Of a DNA stretch of 64,000 nt, positions 1 to 12,649 are shown piece after piece. The stretch's first letter is position 1, and every line of letters begins with the position of its first letter. The translations under genes were made by a program, and so were the position numbers. This DNA comes from Paramecium tetraurelia. Its lineage: Eukaryota. The notes beneath the pieces were generated by a model. It was not told the origin of the DNA. It ran no database searches and was given only the letters and a program-made list of their open reading frames with translations. Where the stretch lies: contig CT868665.1 in NCBI GenBank assembly GCA_000165425.1, forward strand, positions 186,001 through 250,000, written 5' to 3'.

Positions 1-1283
1 TTACCATTCACTTATTCTTATAACTCCTTTGATAAATCCACTGACAAAGCTCCAGTTATCTATTACAAAACTACTCCTCCATTCCTATCCCACACATATT
101 CCAAATACTTTCTGATTTTATTCTGAAGTGTCTCAGGAATCTTGGCTTTTTTCATATATTTATTTACTTAACTCAGCTTATCCTTAGTTTGACTTGACTT
201 TTCACTTATTTTTTATAATGCAAACCCAATTGAATTCATTGTGAAAGCAAAACCACCACAAGCAATTAATAATAAAAAAATACCTAGAAATCTTTCAGTT
301 GGATTTAATGGACTTATGTCTCCATATCCAACTGTAGTCATTGTTGTCACTCCCCAATACAATGAATTTATATATCTGATATACCAATCAGCATCGTACA
401 AATCTCCCAACCATGAAATATTCTTATCCTCCTATTATGCAGTAAAGTGGAATATACAACCTAACAGATGTGCAAAAAATAACACAAACAAAAACAACTT
501 GCCAAATGTTAATATTGCTGCCAATATTGAATTCAATTGCAGTATCTCATTAAATTTATCCATTATCTTCTTCAATTTGGCCAATCTCAGTAATTTTAAT
601 ATCTTTATGAATCTCAAAAACTTCAGTAATCTCAACAGTTTTGCACTCTGGATGAAATTTGATGATTCATCCAATATTATATCATAAGGGAATGTAGTTG
701 TGAAATCTACCCAAAACCAAAATTAGACGTAATCCTTAATTATTGCATTCCGATTCATCTTTAATAATCCATCTTCAAAAATACCAGTATTGAAATTCAA
801 TAGGATATCAAATGCAAAGATTCCTGTCGACACTCTTGAAAATTCTACACTTACATCAATCTCAAAACTTATTTATAAAGGAATGCTTATCATCTCGTAC
901 ATCACTAATCCAAGACATAATAAGTCCCACATCATCTTCAATGACCCATCAGGACTTAAAATATATGGTTTTTCTATAGTACATCCTTTAATTATTTTTT
1001 TCAATAATCCTCTTAAACGCAATTAAAATTTCTCCCAATTAAACTCCACATATGACATTGCACTTGATCTTCTCTAAACAAAAATCAATCCCATACTCTT
1101 TCTCCAATTAAGTTTTTTCTTTGTTTTCTAAAGTACTTTAAATTCCTTCTTCTATTCCTTAATTTCCTCTTCATCTGAGTTCTCACTCAACACCAACTTG
1201 TCTCCTAAGAAATTATACTCTTTGCCCTCCAACACCTAGAGACTTTGATTGTTAGCCTACTCTATATACTATCTATGAAGCAT
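1..1283 (-). CDS. Voltage-gated K+ channel of the CNBD (EAG/HCN/CNG-like) family, 5' part; continues beyond the window start
   Basis: ATG at 1283. S4 LLRLLKFLRFIKILKLLRLAKL, pore SLYWGVTTMTTVGYGDISP, then S6 and C-linker (KYMKKAKIPETLQNKIRKYLEYVW) when TAA/TAG are read as Gln. Confidence 0.93.
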
Positions 1284-1460
1284 TAGTATTTAATTTATAA
1301 TTATATATATAGATCACAATATTTTCAAATAATTTAGCTTATCAAAACTTAAAGTAATTTGATGTCTTAGATTATTAATAAATAAAACAACAAATAATAA
1401 TTATTTATAATTCTTTGTACTTGAATAACATAATTATTTTTTTATTTAATCAATCAAAAG

Positions 1461-3323
1461 TCATTCTTATTGATTCTAACTCATTTATTGAAAACATTAA
1501 AATTATTAATAATAGTTTTGTACTTATTAATTTCCTTAATCTTGATGCTACAAAGATTATTAGAAAGCAAACTACTACTATTAATGCTAGAATGACTATT
1601 AAAATTAAGGAGAAATCATCTACTATTGCAATTGATACATCATCATATTTTATTATAAAAGCATTGCTTAGTATTATTGAAATTCAATAGGAGATTTAAA
1701 TTATTACTATTATTATTATTATTATTATTATTATTAAAACCATTGATACTATTATGCCATCAGCTGTTATTACTACAAATATTATTGATATTGCATTTAA
1801 TTTGAACTAAATTTTTATTTTTAGTCATATATTTATTAAAGCTATTTATTCTTTTCTTATTATTTAGTAGGTTTAGTAGATTCATTCGAATTGACCTTTT
1901 AAGCAAATCGTTTGACATTATAATTTGATAGAGAAAACTTTAATACTATCTAGCCATGATGATTGAGAAAATGACTATCATGTAACCTGTTCAGTAATGC
2001 TATAAATTCATTTCTATATTCAATGGATAAATATTCATAGAGCCTTTATATAGGATAATTAGCAAACTGATCATTCACCAATTTTCGAAATGAACTATGT
2101 ATATCGTTATATATATTTTTACCTTTCTGAAACCGAAACTTCTTCTTCCCATAATTTCTACCTCCATTATTGTCCAGCATATACTATTGCCTTTTCTGCC
2201 ACATTACTACCATACTTATCCATCGACATGGACACAAAGTCCTTGATTAGAAAATTATCTAATAGGATCCTTTTGTGAATTTCTTAGCCTTTTTCCAATA
2301 TTTACTGAATGATGTAATTAGCATATTATCTTCTTATTAGACAGGATGAGTTTTGTATAGTTCTCATAATGATTTAATTTGCTATTGATTTTGTATTAGA
2401 ATCAATCAATTTTGGGTAAATATCTATAATTTTATTAACAAGCAAACAGCCATATTAATCAGTTGATAATTCTAAAGAATATTAATTTTGATTTAAAATC
2501 TAGTAATTATGAATTATTGTACATATTTATCAAAGATTCTTAAGAGTTAGTCTAAATTTTGTTCTTCGAAAACGTCTAAACCTTTTTAATATAATTGATT
2601 TCCAATTTTATCTGTGTATAATCTTCTTGTAAAATTGTTCTCCTCCAGAATAAAATTGATGTATTTTTAATATTAAGATCTAGATTCTGTTGAATACAAC
2701 TACATAATCTCTAATCCCTTCTAAATAACCTTACAAGCATGAAGATCAGTGACTAATTTCTTGATGAAAGTAAACATTTAATCTAAAATAATGTTTCTAA
2801 AATTAATTGGTCCTTATCATGATATTAATCAATACCTATTTCTATTATTTTCTCCAATATGTAATGCTAATACTTGTCTAAACTGAGATTAACTATATTA
2901 TTTTTTATATAAGTGTTGAAGACATATTCCCTTTCTTTATTATTGGCTTACTCATACTCTTATTACATTCTCCTTGAATTCTTTGTGAGCTTTTCATGGG
3001 TCAAATATGAGGACCTAGGATTTTTAAATTTAATAACTTGTACATGTCAGTCTAGAAAGCTTGTATCAATGAGGGTCGATAATTGTCTGTCAGTAAGACA
3101 CCCTAGAGTTACTTATTTAAAGATTCGAATTCATCATCTTCTATATGATTAGTATTTTACCATCTTAATTGAGATGATCCTCAAAAAGTTAAGAACAGAG
3201 GACTTTAGATGAAATAGTGTTATCGAATAAACTTGGAGTTGCCGTGGAATCACTTTTGCTTGGATTACATTGATGAAATTCGTCTTAGTCTGAATTAAAT
3301 TCGATAGGGATTTGATTTAACAT
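1461..3323 (-). CDS. Pumilio/PUF-repeat RNA-binding protein with Gln-rich C-terminal tail
   Basis: PUF repeats DLHACKVIQKGLE, DQYGCLLVNKII, QYANYIIQQILE, SMDKYGSNVAEKAI, NDQFANYPIQRLYE; about 5 short introns; TGA at 1461-1463. Confidence 0.9.
1701..1736 (-). repeat. (TAA/TAG)12 coding microsatellite = polyGln run in the PUF tail
   Basis: Twelve consecutive tta/cta triplets on + strand, in frame as TAA/TAG on - strand. Confidence 0.85.
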
Positions 3324-3492
3324 TTAATTAATAATAAAAATAGCATCATCTCATTGATTATTAATTAGAAACTATATTTTAATAACATTTCTTTGGTTAA
3401 TCTAATTTTAAATGTTCTTTGTAACATTACGCATCATGCCTATTTTAACAATATCTAGTGCTTCACTTTTATAGTTTAATAAATAAATAATA

Positions 3493-3951
3493 ATGAATCT
3501 TGATCAAGTCATATCAACTGAAGAAGATTGGGCTCATTAATCATATCATGAAAATGATGACTTTGAATTTTCATGTTCCCCTATCATGTTTGGTCGTCCA
3601 TCTAACAAAAATAAAAATGAGTTTGAATTAGACAAAGAGGATTACTTTATAGATGCTCCCAAACTTGAAGAACAAACAGATGACCCTGATTTTAATCAAC
3701 TTTTAAATACACCATCTATTCCAATAAAAAAGAGGTAAATTAGGAAGAATAGAAAACTTAAAAATAACACAATCACTACTCTTTACAAAAGGATGTTCTC
3801 TGAAATTATTAATGATTCTTCATCTTAAGTTGAAATTCAGAAATAATTAGAACATTGTTAAAGAATGAAGTCTCTCATTGATGGATTAGAAAAGACATTG
3901 GTAAATGTGAAATCCTTGCTTGTTCACAAACTGAATTAGAAAAACTAATGA
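3493..3951 (+). CDS. Hypothetical protein (152 aa, acidic N-terminus, C-terminal coiled coil)
   Basis: Intronless ATG-TGA ORF MNLDQVISTEEDWAHQ...KLNQKNQ. Confidence 0.75.
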
Positions 3952-4365
3952 TCTAGTTTCATTACCTAGTTTTCAATCTGAGTTATCAATATAACTAATT
4001 CAAATAAGTAAAATTAACTTTTTGTTTGTTCTCTTTTCCAAACCCAATTATTAATAAAAAAAACTCTATTTTCTAAATTAGATATCCCTAATCTCATCTT
4101 ATTTATACTATCCCCCTTGTTCTTAACCATTTTTTATTAATTGCTTTTGTTAGTCGTTATTCCTACATATTTTTAATTTATCATACATCTGAACCCAAAT
4201 CAATCTTGGTCTTCATAAGAATAGAACTGAAAATAGAAGTCTGATAACAGCCAATTCCAAAAACCATTAATTTTAAGACTCTTCTCTCTTCAAGGAATAT
4301 AATGAATTTCCTCAAAAAATAAAGTTATAAAATTTTAACAAAAATTAAAGTAAGAGTATATATAT

Positions 4366-5333
4366 TCATTAATAATTATATGAGTTTAGAAACCATCCAT
4401 CTGGAATGAGTTGATAATCTAAATCTTCTGAACTGTTAATCAATTATCCATCTTACCAATCTCCAAATTTCTTTTTCCCATCCTTATTTATCATAAGTCC
4501 TTTCCCATGCTATCTACCATCGACCCAATATCCCTAATATTGTCGACCATCTGGCCAATAAAATATTCCAAATCCGCATTTTTTATCATTTTTGTACTCC
4601 CCATCATAATACTTTCCATCCTTCCATTTATATAGACCTCTGCCATGCATTTAATTTTTAGTCCATTAACCTAAATAAGACTAATTGCTAATAAAATCCA
4701 TAAATTACCCTACCATCTAACCATTCGTACTTTCCAACTCCTTAAATCATATTATCTATCCACTATCCTTCATAAACACTTTATTAAATCCATTTGTAAC
4801 AACCACGCCCATTCTTCTTTCCATTTTTGAATTCTCCTTCATATACCGATCCATCTAACCACAGTTCTTTGCCTTTACCATCAGGTTTCCCTGCTTTGAA
4901 ATCTCCTGTATATGTTGGACCTCGTTTGTAGATGCACTTTCCTTAGCCTTCCAAAAGATTGTCTATAAAGTTTCCGACATAAACATCCCCATTTAGAGCA
5001 GTCAATTGACCTTGACCATTTGCTTTACCATTTACAATATCTCCTATATAGGTTGAACCATCTTGAAGATTCAATTAAGTTTAGACGTTGTCAACTTCAT
5101 CCTTTCCTTAATTTGAAAACAATGTATTATATTGTTCTTTGTAAAAAGTTGATGAATTAGATTTGTTATCTAGTGAAGGAGGCTTTTCTAAGAATAAAAA
5201 CTAAATTACATGGTTTTTTTTCATCAACTTCATCATATTCTGGATCAGAATCTGAACTTAATTAATCATTTCTATTGACTTCATTACTTTGTATTCCATT
5301 ACTTAATTAACATTTTTCACATTGTTATCCCAT
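4366..5333 (-). CDS. MORN-repeat protein with predicted N-acylation (MGQQCEKC)
   Basis: Repeated YxGxWxxxxxHGxG motifs ([29 protein letters not shown]); TGA at 4366. Confidence 0.9.
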
Positions 5334-5389
5334 TTTTAATTATGATCTAATTCTCAAATGACTAGATTTACGTAATTTATAATAATTAA

Positions 5390-6506
5390 ATGGGGAATGC
5401 AAGTACATGTTGTTCACATCCTGTTATACAAAACAAAGAGGCTATAAATACTTAATAAAAGATTATGATAGTGAATGAAGAGTGTGATGTTCGTGAATGG
5501 GAAGCAGATGATTTTGTAAAGATTGGTCTTTGTAAATCAATTAAATATTTTTGATTCAGAAAGTCACCCAGTAAAAGAACACAAGCTTTTTGATTAACCA
5601 TCAGTTATTAGAAGAATGGAAAGTGTTGAAGGACCTAAATTAGGAGAACGTTTGGAACTATTTCCAGAAATCGAAAATCAAATTGTGCGAACTGTTTTGG
5701 CTTAATTGACTCCCTTGGTAATACCACAAGATATGGAAAGAGGTGAAGAGAATCCTCCTATCAAATTTGACAATGATTTCATTTATCATGGAGAATGGAA
5801 AGATAGTCAAAAGCATGGATATGGGAAATTGTTGTGGCCAGATGGTAGTTATTATGAAGGGGGATTTGCAAATGATGAAACATCTGGTTTTGGAAGATTA
5901 ATTCATTCTTTTGGTGATTATTATGAAGGAAGTTGGAAACATGACTAAGCCAATGGTTATGGCAAATATCACAGGTACAGAAACTAAGCAACATATGAGG
6001 GGAACTGGGTCAATGATAAACAGTAAGGTTAAGGCAAAGAAACTTGGCAAGATGGATCTTCTTATGAAGGAGAATATAGTAATGGAAAAAAATAAGGAAG
6101 GGGGATGTTTAAATGGGGCAATGGCAATATGTATATAGGAGATTTCAAAAATAATAAAATGGATGGATATGGAATTTATTATTGGAAGAGTGGTAAAGTA
6201 TACGATGGGGAATGGAAAGAAAATAAAATGGATGGAGAAGGAGTAATTAATTAATTCTACATATCATAGTAATTCAATTGGCCAGATGGTAGGAAATATA
6301 AGGGAGGATATAAGAATGATCTTAAAGAAGGGTATGGAGTATTCGAATGGTCAGATGGACGCTACTACAAAGGAGAATGGAAAGAAGGCAAATAACATGG
6401 CAAGGGAGTACTCAGAATGGATTAAACTAAAGAAATTTCTGCTGAATGGGCCAATGGCAAAATGCTTACTGAAAAATAAATTGAATAATAAAATACAGGG
6501 TCATGA
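5390..6506 (+). CDS. MORN-repeat protein with predicted N-acylation (MGNASTCC)
   Basis: [29 protein letters not shown] and about 9 similar repeats; 2 introns; TGA at 6504-6506. Confidence 0.92.
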
Positions 6507-6524
6507 TACTTTTTATATATAAAA

Positions 6525-9500
6525 TCATTCGTATACAAGAAATTCTATAACTCCTGGATTCTCAACTTTTCCATTTGAATAATGAAATAGTTTTTTTAAT
6601 AATTTTATTATTACTTCCTTTTTTTAAACTACTTCATTGAAAAATGAGTGTGTTAATGATTCTGCGATTAATCCCATCTAAATAAATCCTAAAATTTTTG
6701 GATTTTCGAACAAATTTATGCTGTGAAAGATATTGCAAAAGTTGAGTAAAGAGCTATTAATTTGTTAAATTACTATTTTCCCATTTTCTAATTTATTTCT
6801 AAATGGTTTAACCTGGTAAACATATAATCCATACCCAAAATCTATTATAAACAAGCCCACAGAAGTCAAGGTGGAATTGGTGTGACAGTAAACTAAACAT
6901 AATGGATAAAGTAATTTTTTTAGACATTATACATATAAATGAGAATCAATTCTGTATTTCTCTGGAGATTTATAAATTGGATTTAGTTTGTTATCCTTGC
7001 TTCTTAGAGTTATTAAAGTAGGCATTTTCACTGTATTTAAGATATATAAAAAGTATGTAATTGAACTTATGTTACTAATTGAGAATTCAACTATTTATGT
7101 TATATTTGAAATTCCCAAAGATGAACAAATTATGGCATTCATGCAAATCTCTAATCCACAAAACACAGTTAAATTTTATATTTTCCCAGATAAATTGTTT
7201 TTATTCAAATTATGAATAAACTTATTACCAAATATATGAAATTTTAATAGTAACTTATTTTATGTTCTTAGATCCAATGTTGATTATCTCATTATTTTGG
7301 ACAAAGATTTTAAACCATAATGAGTCATCACAGTGAAGGCATAAACCTAAGTTATTGGCACTGATGTAGTTATAAAACTACCATTTCTTTCAAATTAAGT
7401 TGGAATGAAAAATGGATTATAAAGTGAAAATGATGATAGTATGTTATTAAATGATGTATTTTTGAATACTTAAAGAAATTCTTGCATATTTGGAGCTTAA
7501 GTGATGTTGAGATATTACTAATATTGGATGAATTACAAGAGATCAACAAAATTTAAGAAATTATAAATTTATCCCATTAATAATAAAGCAGGTAGACTGA
7601 TAATAATAATATATTGAATAGTATTTGCAATATTTTAGAGAATATCTGTTGCTAATTATTCCGATTCAGAGAGTAAAATAATTGATTGAGTTCTTAATTA
7701 AATAATAGTATCTTATAAGGTTTGATTAAATTGATTCTTGATGCAATTTCGATCATTTATTTTTAATTGAATTGTTGGATTATAAACAGTTTATAGATAT
7801 ATAATGTGAATAATCAAGTTCTATGATTAATTAATAATACTTGAATTAATAAGACTATTGTCATCATCAATTAACTGGATTTTAATTATTTCATGTATAT
7901 TTTTGCAAGCAATTTTGATTTCTTGATCAAAGGAGAGATTTATAAACTGAATATTATTGGTTTGATTAATTTACTATAATTACATAATAGGTTGAGACTA
8001 ATAATAACAGTATTCATAAAAACATAAGGTATTATTAACTTCAAAAACTTGTAAGTTTTGAATTTATTGAGAGTATTGTGTTAATTGGCATTAATTATGT
8101 TCATTTAATGTGTATTCATCTTCACAAGTGTAACATACTCTATCAACACAATATTTACAATTAGATGAACAAACTAAGGTACAATTCTCACATAGAATTC
8201 GAGAATCACACTCTTCATCTTCAGTTTTGATGTAATCTCCACATTTACTATAACAAAGATTATCATAATCACTTGCATAGTATCCTTTCTCACACTTTTC
8301 CGGATCATAACATTGCATTTTTGATATGATCAGCTTTTCGGGAGCTTCACATTCAAAGCATTGACCAAATTAGCAATTTAAACAACTTCCAAAGCAATAA
8401 AATTAACAATTAAAACATCCATCATCATATATATTATTGTTATCATCACATTCTTCATCCAAAGTCTTTATCTGATCTCCACATAAAGGTTCACATGTAT
8501 CAAGTACTGGATAATATCCTTTACTACATTAAAGACAGATATCATTTAGACAATGTTTACAGCTCTATTTACAAATTGGAACATTATTAATAAATTACTA
8601 ATCCTCAATGCATATGGAGTTAATCAAAATATAATTATTTTGACAAACTATACAAGAGTCTGAATTGCAATAAAGACAATGTAATTCACAATGAAAATGA
8701 ATGAGTTAGCATTCTTAATTAAATGGATTCCACTTAAAATCTAATTCGCACTCTAGACAATCAGTATGAATTTGAAATTTGCAATATCTAATAAGTGAAT
8801 TTGCATTGAGATTCTCTATTAAATATTATTGATATAATTATTAAGACCTAACAACAGTTATGCTTTCACATTATTGAGTATATGGATTCAAGTTGTAATT
8901 CAATGAACATCTGTAACATATTCCATACATACAACTAATACATCCGTAATCACACAGATATCTACATTTATTGCAATTTTAATGGATCAAATCATCACAT
9001 TCTTCATTACCATTTACATAACCATCTCCACAAACTGATGTGCATTTATTATTAAATAGATTTAAGGTATATCCAGTTTCACATTAAGTACAACCATTAG
9101 CAGTACAAGTAACACATTGTGATTAACACATTAATTGACATTTATGACATCCATCAAAGTAACTATTATTAGCATCATCACATATTTCACCAGATTTCAC
9201 TATGCCATCACCACATGTGGGAACACATTAATTCTTAGTTGAAATCAATGTATAACCAGATCCACAGAGAGTGCATAAATTACTTGAACAAGTTGTGCAG
9301 ATTGGAGAAGGTTGACACTGCCATTAACAAGTAGAACTACAGCCGTCATTTGCAATTAGATTGCCATCATCACATTATTCAGTATCGAATGAATTAGATA
9401 TTTTTAGACCATCACCACAAATTGGAACACATTTGTAAGATCCAGCTACTGTTTTATAACCAGAATTCCAACAGGTATTACAGACTTTCCCATTGGCTGA

Positions 9501-12500
9501 ACATTCCAAACAATCTGATCTACATTTGAATTTGCAATTGTCGCATCCATCATTTGGATTAGAATTAGAATCTTCACATTCTTCAGTACCTAATATTACT
9601 CCATCTCCACAATGTTCTATACATTTATTATTGATGATATCCAAAATGTATCCACTTACATTACATTTAAAACACTCTCCCTTTTAACAGTCTGAACATT
9701 GAGATTGGCACTGAAATGTACAACCACTGCATCCAATTGATTTTATTGCATCATCACATTACTCTGTGCCTGTTACATAACCATCTCCACATACATTTGT
9801 ACAACTGCCACTATTACAACTAGGACAACTCAAAGGACATTGATATTAACAATTATAACATCCATCATTCATAACACTATTTAAATCTTCACATTATTCA
9901 TCACTCATTATGATATTATCACCACATACAGATTAACATTTATAATTAATTATAGATTGACCAGTTGAACATACAGGAGTGTAAGCGCAATTTACATTAA
10001 ACCATTAAATTGAACCATTGCAATCAAAATAGCAATCAAGTAATGATGGAGTTTCAATGGCAGGACAGCTATTGCAATATGTAGAAATTCCACTGTCGAA
10101 ATATCCAAGATTGCACTTGCATTATAATTAATATAAAGATCTAGTTGAGTCACACTCTAAGCAATTGTTGTTATTGGGTCCAAAGCATTCCTTACAAGAT
10201 AAATGACACTCTAATGGCAAATATATATTTTAATATACCTAAACAGTTCCCATAAGTTAGATAATAATGACTTTTACAAAGGCATTTACCATTACTCTTC
10301 AAATCATAGTTTTTTAAAGTGTTACAATTTGTACAATCAGTGCTTAGAGGCCCATTACAAGTTAAACAACTATTATCACACTTGATGCAAACATCACTTC
10401 CAGCTTAAGCATAAAAGGACTCTTCACAATCACATACTCCATTATTTGAGATTCTCTTGTTGATTTATAAACAAACCATACAAAAATTATATTGTAAACA
10501 ATGCTAACATAATGGATCACATTGATGACATTATTGATCTCCAGAATCCAAATAATAACCTTATGAACATGTACATTAGTCAGATATTAAAACTAAGTTA
10601 TTAATACAGGTATCACAAAGGTACTAATTTCTGCAACTGCTACATAAAGTATTACATGGATTGCAATTGTAATTTTGATAGTATTAATTTGACAAACAAT
10701 CTACCTAACTGAATTTCGCTGTATAATAACTAGCATCCCACGAAGTGCATCCTATTTCTGTCGAATCTGTGCAGGCCAAACAAAAGGGAAAGCATTAATG
10801 TACAACAACATAGTAATCTGAAATACCACAATAATGATGTAATAAATCTCCATTACCTTAGCATTCAACTGTGGTAGTTAAAGTACTCAGAGAATGAGAA
10901 ATGTGCCAATATTTATCAATAGAATATTCAGTTGGACTTCTTCCAAATATATTAATTGATGATGGTCCTGTTGTAATTATTTCTTAACCATTTGTATCAA
11001 ATTCAATTATAAATTATTGACTAAATTAATCTCCTAGAATTATCTTCATCCTTATTGATATGGCATAGTGAGCATTAGCAATTGAATAAACGTTGTTAAA
11101 TTTAGCATTTGTCCAAACATAAGGTCCTCCAAAGATTTTTTTAGTATATAAGCCAAAGGTTTGAAAATCTGTGAGAAAATTTTAATAGTTTTGTGATATC
11201 AATGTGAAATATGTTTCAGGATCTTGTTTAATATTATAATTGCTAAAATCAGATACTAAATAAGTGGAATAAGGGTATTCTGTTTCATAAGTAATAACAT
11301 GAGTAACGTTCAAACTTAGTCTATCACTTTGCATAGTATTTGTGCATAATCCTTAATAAATATAGTAGCCAGGTGAGCATTAAGAACATGTAAAGTCTGA
11401 TGTGCAAGTGAGACATTCTTATTAACAATATCCAGCCACTAGTTAGACTTAAGTAACTCCCCAAACTGTGGTAGTTATTTACATATTTCCTTAGATTCGC
11501 ATGGTAAAATCACCTGTTGGAATAGGACAGATAATAATTAATGTGTACTATTATCCAGAACCAACTCCAGTGCATGATTAAGTTGTCTTTTTTATGATAT
11601 ACCCATTTTGCATTGTGATAACACTATTTGAATTATATAAATAGGCTATGTAACCATTATTTATAGTAAAGACAATGCCTTAATTTAAAGGGATAGGGTT
11701 GTAAAGATACAGTATTACTTTGATTCTTAATTTATGTTTGTATTAAGTGGGTTGAGGGATAATCTTTTCCATGCCCTCACTTCCAGTTAGTAAACCAAAA
11801 TACTGAGAACATTTTAGTGTGGTTGTTAATCCTGCTGGATCATACAATCTAATCCACTAGACATTTGGGGAAGCATTTTTGAACTAATCATTGAGAATTG
11901 CCTGTTCTGTTATATCTGCACAATATTTATCAGAGTTAGGGTATTTATTGATATCGCATATTGGAACACAACCTAAAATAGGATCTAGATAGTCTGGGCA
12001 TTGAGTACACAATCCAAATCCATTGAGTGATGTTCCAGTAAAACAAGATGAGCAACTATTTAAATTTGAACAGGTTTTACAACTCCAATGACATTTCTCA
12101 ACTGCAAATATCAAATTCCTTATGACCACTTTACCATTGGCAGACATATTTGTTATTACTATATTCCCACTTGATTAGCCTGTAATTAAGACTTTCTTGG
12201 ATTTAACTTCGTATTATTTATTATCACAAAATTCACTTGAATAGGGATATGTAGTTGGACTAGTATATGTAATAGTAGCAAATAAGACACTATTATAATT
12301 GACTTAAATAGCTTCATTGTTCCAGGTTCCCATATAAAAGAGATCAAACCACACAACAAATTTCACTTTCGGATACCCATAAGATAAACTACGATACATT
12401 TATTTATTTAGTGAATCTAAGTAATTCATTGCAAATCCCTCATTTACGCATGTATAATAATTCGGAGAAGCCTATTGAGTCCAACCGTCTAGATTACAAC

Positions 12501-12594
12501 CTGCTGATCCACAACTAGGTGTTTTAGCATATAGACTAGAATGAAGGACTAAAAGTTCGCATTAAGCATTTAGTAATAAAAGCCAAAATATCAT
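6525..12594 (-). CDS. Large (~2000 aa) cysteine-rich cell-surface protein: signal peptide, furin-like CxxC repeats, CGDG..E.CDD.N....DGC repeats, C-terminal multi-pass membrane region
   Basis: Starts MIFWLLLLNAQC; many CxxC..C units; at least 8 CGD(G/N/Q/Y)-type repeats between about 8200 and 9950; hydrophobic helices about 6600-7650; intron near 10212-10238. Confidence 0.88.
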
Positions 12595-12649
12595 TATATA
12601 ATAAACTGATTTAAATTATCCTCATTAATAATGCATATGATGCATATTA

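Noticed and set aside
241..687. 148 aa + strand ORF in the track, and similar ones at 790, 1415, 45562, 57594 and 58834
   Set aside because: Antisense shadows of real minus-strand genes (K+ channel, PUF, C2H2, Cdc14, VPS26C).
1701..1736. (TTA)n run as a non-coding microsatellite or stop-codon array
   Set aside because: It is in frame within the PUF gene and encodes polyGln under the ciliate code.
3960..4340. Coding-like minus-strand patch with internal TGA; possible selenoprotein or readthrough
   Set aside because: No recognisable selenoprotein motif, clear start or convincing SECIS; more likely a remnant.
8200..9950. Periodic 'tcatcacat...tctccaca' units resembling a spaced repeat or CRISPR array
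   Set aside because: These are degenerate protein-level CGDG/CDD repeats within a CDS; no identical direct repeats and no cas genes.
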